Assembly (NCBI GenBank): GCA_965261485.1
Contig: CBDHCY010000005.1
Coordinates: forward strand, 1,228,901-1,292,900
Origin: Leptospiria bacterium
GTDB taxonomy: Bacteria > Spirochaetota > Leptospiria > Turneriellales > CBDBES01
DNA: 64,000 nucleotides
Direction: 5' to 3'
Shown: in pieces, positions 19,233-27,172 of the stretch
Position numbering within the stretch: position 1 is the first letter of the stretch
Layout: the number at the start of each line of letters is the position of its first letter
Notes under the pieces: generated by a model
Databases searched by the model: none
Told to the model about the DNA's origin: nothing
What the model saw: the letters and a program-made list of their open reading frames with translations, nothing else
Translations under genes and position numbers: made by a program

Positions 19233-19386
19233 TCTGTAGTTCTGTAGTTCTGTAGTTCTGTAGTTCTGTAGTTCTGTAGTTCTGTAGTTCTGTAGTTCTG
19301 TAGTTCTGTAGTTCTGTAGTTCTGTAGTTCTGTAGTTCTGTAGTTCTGTAGTTCTGTAGTTCTGTAGTTCTGTAGTTCTGTAGTTC
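19233..19386. repeat. Perfect octanucleotide microsatellite (tctgtagt / actacaga), about 19 copies
   Basis: Uninterrupted tctgtagt repeats run from 19233 to about 19386. They lie between the stop of the Rpn gene (19563) and the terminator hairpin upstream of L1. Confidence 0.97.
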
Positions 19387-19562
19387 ATTCATTTTTCCAA
19401 GCCCCACACAGAGACAGCCTCAGTCAACAATGCCTGCACATGTTGTCAACGTTTTTTTATTTTTTATGTAAAATTGATGTCGCAACTTCGCACATGACGT
19501 GTGAAAAAAGCGGGTAAAAAAAGAGACTATTTTCTGCTAATCACAAACGATGCCAGATCCGC

Positions 19563-20564
19563 CTATGGTCGTAAATGCTCAATCTCTTCTATAGAAAGAC
19601 CGGTGCTTCTTGAGATCACTTTAATAGAGAAACCCTCTTTCAAGAGACTTTGAGCTACTTCAGCCTTGCCCTTAGCCACGCCCTTAGTCATGCCCTTAGT
19701 CATGCCCTCGGTTATGCCCTCGGTTATGCCTTCGGCTCTGCCCTTAGTCATGCCCTTAGTCATGCCCTCAGTTATGCCCTTAGCTATTAGCTCGTCTGCA
19801 ATGGATCTCATATCCCCTCCTGCCTTTGGTGAAATGTATTGCCCAGCACTCTTTACAATAAAATCAATAGTAAACCCGCCAGTGCTAGTAATAATATAGT
19901 TCAATAAAACATCAAGCATTTTCTTATTTTCTTGAGAGATTCGTGCATAATAATCTTTGAAAAGATCTTCTAAGCGTGACCTGCTCGATAAAAACCAAAT
20001 ATCCTGTAGACTTTTTAAAAATGCCTGTACAGCCACAGAGAAATCGGTGAACTCTGTTTTATCTGAGCGAAGATCAAGTAATTCATAGTGAAAGTCTGGT
20101 ATGTATTTTTGTAAAGACTTTCTCAGATGCTCAGGAATCACTAAAGAACTGCTGAAGAGCGTGGGAATATCCCACTCTTTTTTTCCGTGATAAAGCACTA
20201 AAGGAATCACGGGCATTGTGCTCGTTTTATAAATTCCAGCTAAATACATGAGAAGCTGTGAATGAATATTTTTTTCTTTATACGATTTATGTTCTATCAG
20301 ACAAAAAACGCCCAGCCTTTTTGATTCCAAAGATTTCGCAGATTCTGAATCTGATTGCTTTTTGATAGGTACGCTGTAGAGAATATCAGTGAATCGTTCT
20401 TGATCTGTTGCATCAATAAAGCACCCTTTCTCTATTTGTAATTTTATAAAGTCTAGCTCTGATGTGATCTCTTTAGGCAGAGCATTTTTAAGAAAATCTA
20501 CCGCATAAGTTTTTTGTGATAAAACTTGTTTGGTTATGATGTCGTGTTGGTTTAGCTTTGCCAT
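19563..20564 (-). CDS. Rpn/YhgA-like recombination-promoting nuclease (PD-(D/E)XK putative transposase family)
   Basis: 333 aa. The N-terminus (HDIITKQVLSQKTYAVDFLKNALP ... RFTDILYSV ... FCLIEHKSYKEK...QLLMYL) matches the Rpn/YhgA-like nuclease core. The C-terminus has 5-aa repeats (GITEG/GMTKG, 15-bp units, about 19672-19790) and a helix-rich tail (AQSLLKEGFSIKVISRSTGLSIEEIEHL) typical of the family. Confidence 0.8.
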   Translation of the reverse strand: MAKLNQHDIITKQVLSQKTYAVDFLKNALPKEITSELDFIKLQIEKGCFIDATDQERFTDILYSVPIKKQSDSESAKSLESKRLGVFCLIEHKSYKEKNIHSQLLMYLAGIYKTSTMPVIPLVLYHGKKEWDIPTLFSSSLVIPEHLRKSLQKYIPDFHYELLDLRSDKTEFTDFSVAVQAFLKSLQDIWFLSSRSRLEDLFKDYYARISQENKKMLDVLLNYIITSTGGFTIDFIVKSAGQYISPKAGGDMRSIADELIAKGITEGMTKGMTKGRAEGITEGITEGMTKGMTKGVAKGKAEVAQSLLKEGFSIKVISRSTGLSIEEIEHLRP

Positions 20565-20687
20565 AAGATGTTCATCTTATAATTGATAGACAAAGCAAAA
20601 ACCATTAAAAAATACTTTTGAAAGCGTCAATGGGGATTCAAGCTCTAAAGTTTGGGCAGGGCAGAATATTACTTACTCCCGACCTGC

Positions 20688-21785
20688 GAACAAAGCATCA
20701 CTCGCGACTGTCGGTCGTCACTCTCCGCACAACAAAGCATCACTCGCGATTATCGATCGTCACTCTTCGCCCAGCGATCAAAGCATCACTCGTGACTGGC
20801 GGTTGACACTCTTTGTCTGCGAGTGCATCACTCGCGACTATCGGCGTTCCCTTCGCCCAGAGATCAAAGCATCACTCGCGATTATCGATCGTCACTCTTC
20901 GCCCAACGATCAAAGCATCACTCGTGACTGTCGGGTCGTCACTCTCCGCACAACAAAGCATCACTCACAACTGTCGGTCGTCGTGCCCTTCGCTCAGAGA
21001 TCAAAGCATCACTCGCTACTTGTCGATCGACACCCTTCGCACAACAAAGCATCACTCGCGATTGTCCGTCGACCTCCGCCCAGCGATCAAAGCATCACTC
21101 GCGATTGGCGATCGTCACTCTTCGCTCAGAGAGCGAAGCATCACTCGCGATTGGCGATCGTCGACTCTCCGCCCAGCGATCAAAGCATCACTCGCGATTG
21201 GCGATCGTCGACTCTCCGCCCAGCGATCAAAGCATCACTCGCGATTGGCGATCGTCGACTCTCCGCCCAGCGATCAAAGCATCACTCGCGATTGTCCGTC
21301 GACCTCCGCCCAGCGATCAAAGCATCACTCGCGATTATCGGTCGTCACTCTCCGCACAACAAAGCATCACTCGCGACTATCGGCGTTCCCTTCGCCCAGA
21401 GAGCGAAGCATCACTCGCGACTGTCGGGTCGCCACTCTTCGCCCAGAGATCAAAGCATCACTCGTGACTGTCGGGTCGTCACTCTCCGCACAACAAAGCA
21501 TCACTCACAACTGTCGGTCGTCGTGCCCTTCGCTCAGAGATCAAAGCATCACTCGCTACTTGTCGATCGACACCCTTCGCACAACAAAGCATCACTCGCT
21601 ACTGTCGATCGTCACTCTTCGCACAACAAAGCATCACTCGCGACTGTCGATCGTCACTCTTCGCACAACAAAGCATCACTCGTGACTGGCGGTCGCCACT
21701 CTTCGCCCAGCGATCAAAGCATCACTCGCGATTATTCGGTCGGCGTGCCCTTCGCTCTGCGAGTGCATCACTCGCGACTGTCCGT
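20688..21785. repeat. Second GC/CpG-rich co-oriented array of the same 42-47-bp unit family (about 25 units by eye), abutting the stop codon of the lipoprotein gene at 21786
   Basis: The same GCATCACTCG[CT]GA core recurs at 20694, 20737, 20782 ... 21719, 21765. There is an internal duplication (20914-21060 matches 21454-21600) and a shared segment with array 1 (20782-20838 matches 16779-16835). Orientation relative to the adjacent gene is the same as in array 1. Confidence 0.95.
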
Positions 21786-23687
21786 TTATCGTTGCCCGGG
21801 GAGCAGAGTATCGTATGACGCACATACGCCGTTTGTTATTGGCCTGACACATCTTTTGATCGCAGGTAATTGCATATCGGTGCCTAGGTCCCAAGCACTA
21901 CCTAAACCATCGGGGTGCATGCCAGTTATGTTTTTTAGCTGGGCCAGCGTAAGAGCCCCATCCATACCCACAGCATTACCTCGTGCCTTCTTATCTTGGA
22001 GCGTTCGTTCGGCGACATTCACACTTTGGGGTGCGTCGGTGTTCCAATAACTATCTGTTATCGTTATAGAAGCAGCAAAACCATTTCCTATCAAACCACC
22101 TGAATTAGAACCAGCAATAGCAATACTAAAAGAAGAGATTTTACCAGAACCACTAAAATAACTATTAGTTATTGGCAAAGTACCTTCAGAAGAACCCACC
22201 AGACCACCTGAAGAAGAATTAGCAAGCCCATGATTAGAATAAGAAAAGATTTCACCAGAGCCATTAAAATAACTATTCATTATTGTCAAAGAAGCCTTAG
22301 AATAACCCACCAGACCACCTGAAGCAGAATGCAAAGCCTTGGTATAAGAAGATATATCACCAGAACCACTAACATAACTATTCATTATTACTAAAGACTT
22401 CCCAGAATAACCCACCAGACCGCCTGAGCCATAAGAGTCAGCAGTATTGGTAGGCTTGCTAGAGTAAGAAGAAACCCCAGCAGAACCACTAAAAATACTA
22501 TTTATAATTACTAAACTAGTACCAATCGAGGCGGAAACTTCACCCACCAAACCGCCTGATCGAGACTGTATAGAAGAACTAAAGACCCCACCTGAGCCAC
22601 TGAAAGTGCATTCGCTTATTGTCAGAGAACCATAAACAAGACCAACCAAACCACCCACAAAATTAAAAGCAGTAGCCAGATCAGCATAAATCGAGCCAGA
22701 GATGATCTCCACATTGCGAATTTGAACAGTTTCACTAGCTCCTCCATCTACCTGACCAAATAAACCGACAGTTGAAAGAGTTGAATGCATCCAAAGATTG
22801 GCGATGGTATGATTATTTCCATCAAAAGTGCCAGTGAAGTTATTAGTAGTAGCAATGGGTATCCAGGAGGTGTCCATACTGATGTCAATCACTGTTATCC
22901 GCTCGCCTGCATCGTCTTTATCACCGTCGGTATTTTTATCGACACTCTCCTCTGTTGTATCGATCTCACCGTTGGGGGCAACATAACCATTCTCACCAAT
23001 TTCACCAATCCCATCAAGCAAGCTCAAAAGGTCAATGTTGGCTGTTAGCTCGTAGCCATGGCAACCTGAGAGGCAACCGCTTGAATTAGGTCTACCATTC
23101 TTCACACTTCTATAACTTGTGCCCGCCAAGTTATGACGCATGTTATTGAGCATCTCAGCCGTATATATTTCAATTAAGCCATCCTCATCATGATCAGCCT
23201 TAGAGCCTCCACCAGAGATCTCAACACCCGAAGCATAATTAAAGCTCATGTCATAAGCGAAAAGCTTATAAAAATAATGGGTTGAAGCTGTAGCCTCGGA
23301 ATCGATGAATGTAGTTTCGCTTGAGTTATACACCACACTTGAGGCACCAATTGACACGCCACTCGCATAATCTTGCCCTGTCGTGGGGGCATCTGATATG
23401 CTGCTTTCACTTCTCAAGATTAAAACCTTAGAAAAATTAGTATCACTAGGCTCGCTCCAAGTTAGAGTGATGCTAGTGCTATCTAAACTTGAGAAGCCAC
23501 CACTTATAACGTTCTTTGGTGATGTTTTATCTTCTTCAGACCTAACACCCGGTCCCGGCATATCAGGTGCATCAGGTGAAACAGGCGGAACATTGTTGGG
23601 ATTTTCTTTAGAACAAGACGCACCAAAAACGATACAAAATAATATCAGAGCTTGAGCGATCTTGCAGAGTAATTTTATTATATTCAT
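21786..23687 (-). CDS. Surface lipoprotein with FN3-like domain, DxDxDG motif and 6 GLUG-type repeats (paralog L2)
   Basis: The ORF extends to a TTG at 23723. I prefer the ATG at 23687 (MNIIKLLCKIAQALILFCIVFGASC). The N-terminal roughly 170 aa are almost identical to L1. The centre is diverged and the C-terminus is ...CASYDTLLPGQR. Confidence 0.85.
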   Translation of the reverse strand: MNIIKLLCKIAQALILFCIVFGASCSKENPNNVPPVSPDAPDMPGPGVRSEEDKTSPKNVISGGFSSLDSTSITLTWSEPSDTNFSKVLILRSESSISDAPTTGQDYASGVSIGASSVVYNSSETTFIDSEATASTHYFYKLFAYDMSFNYASGVEISGGGSKADHDEDGLIEIYTAEMLNNMRHNLAGTSYRSVKNGRPNSSGCLSGCHGYELTANIDLLSLLDGIGEIGENGYVAPNGEIDTTEESVDKNTDGDKDDAGERITVIDISMDTSWIPIATTNNFTGTFDGNNHTIANLWMHSTLSTVGLFGQVDGGASETVQIRNVEIISGSIYADLATAFNFVGGLVGLVYGSLTISECTFSGSGGVFSSSIQSRSGGLVGEVSASIGTSLVIINSIFSGSAGVSSYSSKPTNTADSYGSGGLVGYSGKSLVIMNSYVSGSGDISSYTKALHSASGGLVGYSKASLTIMNSYFNGSGEIFSYSNHGLANSSSGGLVGSSEGTLPITNSYFSGSGKISSFSIAIAGSNSGGLIGNGFAASITITDSYWNTDAPQSVNVAERTLQDKKARGNAVGMDGALTLAQLKNITGMHPDGLGSAWDLGTDMQLPAIKRCVRPITNGVCASYDTLLPGQR

Positions 23688-23730
23688 AGGCGTCTTATGA
23701 AAGAAGTCTGTATATCCCGTCAAATAAAAT

Positions 23731-25713
23731 TTATTCTAAACTCTCTAACCATAATTTCACATCAGCATCGCTAGGCATTCTCCAATCTGTTCGTGATGAA
23801 AGAGCAACAGAGCCAATCTTTACTCCATCAGGCATCGCTGACCTCTTAAACTGATATTTAAAAAATCGCTTATAAAAAATAATAAGCCACTTTTTAATCG
23901 TTACTTGGTTATATTTTTTATTAAAGGCTGTCTCTGCTAAAAATAATATTTTTTTAGGATGAAAACCATAACGAATCATGTAAAAGATAAAAAAATCATG
24001 AAGCTCGTAAGGTCCAATTTTTTCTTCTGTTTTTTGAGTGATTCGCTCACCATCAGTTGGTAAAAGCTCAGGTGAAATCGGTGTGTCACAAATACTTTTA
24101 AGTACTTCTTGAATCTCCCCCTTATACTCAACCTCAGAAAACCACTCAACCAAAGAATAGACCAATGTTTTGGGCACACCAGAGTTTACCTGATACATCG
24201 ACATATGATCTCCATTATAGGTACACCAACCTAAAGCAATTTCTGAAAGATCACCAGTCCCTATAACTATACCATTGATTTGATTTGCAATATCCATAAG
24301 AATTTGTGTTCTTTCTCTCGCTTGAGAGTTTTCAAAAACAATATTGTATTGACCAATTTCATGTTGGATATCTTTAAAATGTTGATTTAACGCATTTGTT
24401 ATTTCGATTGTGCGTAAGCTAGCTCCTAATAAAGTACACAATTTTTGAGCGTTCTTTTTTGTCGTTTGGGTTGTACCAGGACCAGGCATTGTAATTACGA
24501 TAATATCTTTTGAAGAATAGCCTAATATCTGATAGGCTTTTAGAGTAACCAAAAAAGCTAAAGTGGAATCAAGACCCCCAGAAAGACCAATAACATTTTT
24601 TATAGAGCCTACTTTTTTAAGCCGTTTAACAAGAGCGGCGGTTTGAATAGAAAAAATCTCTTGGCAAACCTTTGAACGCTCTGATTTATCTTCTGGTACA
24701 AAAGGTTTTGGAGGTATAGAACGATACAAATTTTTAATGAAACACTTATCTCTATTTTTTTTGAGGAGATTAAGCTCAAAGGGAATTGTCGTATATGTGC
24801 TACTCGATGAAAATGTCGAAAAGACACTACTTTTAAGCCGTTCATGAGTAAGTCTGCCAATATCAATATCTGAAATAATGTACGAACCATCAAAACAAAA
24901 AAGTTGACTTTCTTTAAGTAAAACTCCATTTTCTGCAATTAAACAATGTCCAGAAAAAACAGTATCTGTCGTAGATTCATTAGGCCCAGCGGAGGCATAC
25001 AAATAAGCAGATAGACACCGAGCAGATTGTTGTTTAACTAAATCTCGACGATAATTAGCCTTACCCAAGGTTTCGTTTGAAGCTGACAGATTTAAAAAAA
25101 CATTCCCACCATTTAATGCCATTTCACTACTAGGTGGGTTGGGAGCCCATAAATCTTCACAGATATCAACACCAAAAATACATTCTTCAAAATCTCTAGC
25201 CTGAAATAAGAGGCGAGGACCAAATAATACTTTTTGTTCCCCAAAAATAATTGTTTGTGTTAGTTCCGTTTTTCCCGAACTAAACCAACGGTTTTCATAA
25301 TATTCATTTTTATTGGGTAAATATGACTTTGGTATCAAACCTAATAAATTACCTTGGCTAATAAATGCAGCAACATTATAGAGCCTCCCTTTAAGCTCTA
25401 TAGGTAAACCAACGATACAGGTCATATTTGTTTTAGCAGAAACTTTACTAATTATTTTTAATCCTTTTTTACACGCATCTAATAGATTTTTTTGATAAAA
25501 GAGATCTCCACAAGTATACCCGCTAATACAAAGTTCTGGGAAAAGAGCAATTTTTGATTGTTTGTTTGATGCAATTTTTAAGTGTTCTACAATATTATTT
25601 ATATTGTAATTCACATTGGCAACCTCTAATGGAGGGGAGTGAACCGTAACACGTAAAAATTGCAAATAGTCTACTTGCATAGACCTAGAATTAAACGAAT
25701 AACAAATTGTCAT
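23731..25713 (-). CDS. nadE: Glutamine-dependent NAD+ synthetase
   Basis: 660 aa. The N-terminal CN-hydrolase domain (FPELCISGYTCGDLF, CEDLW) is fused to an NAD synthetase domain (GLSGGLDSTL). The real start may be the internal ATG at 25680. Confidence 0.9.
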   Translation of the reverse strand: MTICYSFNSRSMQVDYLQFLRVTVHSPPLEVANVNYNINNIVEHLKIASNKQSKIALFPELCISGYTCGDLFYQKNLLDACKKGLKIISKVSAKTNMTCIVGLPIELKGRLYNVAAFISQGNLLGLIPKSYLPNKNEYYENRWFSSGKTELTQTIIFGEQKVLFGPRLLFQARDFEECIFGVDICEDLWAPNPPSSEMALNGGNVFLNLSASNETLGKANYRRDLVKQQSARCLSAYLYASAGPNESTTDTVFSGHCLIAENGVLLKESQLFCFDGSYIISDIDIGRLTHERLKSSVFSTFSSSSTYTTIPFELNLLKKNRDKCFIKNLYRSIPPKPFVPEDKSERSKVCQEIFSIQTAALVKRLKKVGSIKNVIGLSGGLDSTLAFLVTLKAYQILGYSSKDIIVITMPGPGTTQTTKKNAQKLCTLLGASLRTIEITNALNQHFKDIQHEIGQYNIVFENSQARERTQILMDIANQINGIVIGTGDLSEIALGWCTYNGDHMSMYQVNSGVPKTLVYSLVEWFSEVEYKGEIQEVLKSICDTPISPELLPTDGERITQKTEEKIGPYELHDFFIFYMIRYGFHPKKILFLAETAFNKKYNQVTIKKWLIIFYKRFFKYQFKRSAMPDGVKIGSVALSSRTDWRMPSDADVKLWLESLE

Positions 25714-25747
25714 TGACTTCTTAGAGAAATCTTAAACGATAGCAATC

Positions 25748-26074
25748 GTGCCTACCTATGATTATCAATGTGAGCATTGTTCTCACCTATTTGAAGCTTT
25801 TCATGGAATAAAAGAGACCCCCAATCTTTCTTGCCCTCAATGTAAAACTCAAAAAGTTAAACGTAAAATATCTAAAGGTGCTGGAATTCACTTCAAAGGG
25901 AGTGGTTTTTATGTGAATGACTATAAGAAGAAGCAATCTAATTCAACTTCCACGCAAACAGAACCTCCAAAGCCTAAGTCTTCTTCTGCAGAAAAAAAAG
26001 AAACCTCCAACTCTGTAAAAGAAAAAGGAAATCAACCAAGCAAAAAAAAAGAGACTAAAATACAAAAAAATTAA
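25748..26074 (+). CDS. FmdB-family zinc-ribbon protein with a Lys/Ser-rich tail
   Basis: GTG start. MPTYDYQCEHCSHLFE...CPQC is the CxxC...CxxC signature of the FmdB/CxxC_CxxC_SSSS family. Confidence 0.7.
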   Translation: MPTYDYQCEHCSHLFEAFHGIKETPNLSCPQCKTQKVKRKISKGAGIHFKGSGFYVNDYKKKQSNSTSTQTEPPKPKSSSAEKKETSNSVKEKGNQPSKKKETKIQKN

Positions 26075-26076
26075 TC

Positions 26077-26961
26077 ATGAATAGACCTTCTGTCGTGCTT
26101 CCTGAAGTTGAAGTCAACACTTTTCGTAAAAAAACACCACTTGAAGCTGAGGTTATCAAAAATCAAAGACTTTTTAACAATCAAGATAATGAAAACGATG
26201 CTCGTCATATTGTTTTTTCTGCTCCTAAAATAAATTATTGGGAAGGGCAAAGTATCGGTGTTTTGGTTCCCGGACTCAATGCAAAAAATAAAGCTCATGC
26301 TGTGCGGCTTTATTCAATCGCTTCTGTTGGAAATAATATGACCGTTAAAAATAAAGATCATCTTGATATCTGTGTAAAGCGTGTAACTTATATCGATAAA
26401 TTAACTGGTGAACAAAAATATGGAGTGGCTTCCAATTATTTATGTGACCTCAAAGTTGGTGATCGTGTTCAACTAACAGGCCCAGCGGGAAGAACATTTC
26501 TATTACCCATAAAAGAAGAGATCAACCGACCTTATTTATTTTTTGCAACAGGTACGGGTATCGCCCCTTTTCGAGGTATGTTACATCGACTTTTTAAGTC
26601 AGATCATCCGCTTCAACAAGATGTTTATCTTTTTTTTGGTGCAAAAAAAGAAAATGAGCTAATCTATCATGAAGAACTCAAAGCCTATACTTCGTTTTCA
26701 AATTTTTATTATCGAACTGCCTGCAGTCGAGAACAAACGACCCAGCATGGTGAAAAACTTTATGTTTATCACCTTATCGAAGCTGAGAAAAATAATATTT
26801 CTCAGCTCTTAAATAACCCAAAGGCCCTTATTTATTTATGCGGGCTTAAGGGTATGGAAAAAGGCATCTTTGAAAAATTAGCAGAAACTTTAGATCTGAC
26901 TGCAACTTCACCAGAGTTTGAAAATTTAATCTCTGAGAAAGTCTTTATGGAAGTCTATTAA
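26077..26961 (+). CDS. Ferredoxin--NADP+ reductase, plant (plastidic) type
   Basis: 294 aa with the FAD-binding RLYSIAS motif, the NADP motif GTGIAPFRG, CGLKGME, and a terminal aromatic residue (...FMEVY-stop) characteristic of plant-type FNR. Confidence 0.9.
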   Translation: MNRPSVVLPEVEVNTFRKKTPLEAEVIKNQRLFNNQDNENDARHIVFSAPKINYWEGQSIGVLVPGLNAKNKAHAVRLYSIASVGNNMTVKNKDHLDICVKRVTYIDKLTGEQKYGVASNYLCDLKVGDRVQLTGPAGRTFLLPIKEEINRPYLFFATGTGIAPFRGMLHRLFKSDHPLQQDVYLFFGAKKENELIYHEELKAYTSFSNFYYRTACSREQTTQHGEKLYVYHLIEAEKNNISQLLNNPKALIYLCGLKGMEKGIFEKLAETLDLTATSPEFENLISEKVFMEVY

Positions 26962-27172
26962 AGCGGCTAATGATCACCTAAAAACTATTGCGAAAAAAAA
27001 ATTAATCTCTGTACCCCTCTTGGAAAAAATTACTGCTGAGCCCCCTACCCTTGCTGAAGAAAATATTATCGAACTGCATACAAAAAATAATGCTTATAGA
27101 ATAATAATACTACAATTACAAGATACTTCCACTGTTTTAGGTAAATTTTGAGGAATATATAGAAAATACTGA

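Noticed and set aside
15236-21785. vls/tprK-style silent-cassette donor arrays or a diversity-generating retroelement for the adjacent lipoproteins
   Set aside because: The units resemble only the last 40 nt or so of the genes, not their variable GLUG or acidic-loop regions. There is no reverse transcriptase, template repeat or adenine-specific mismatch pattern.
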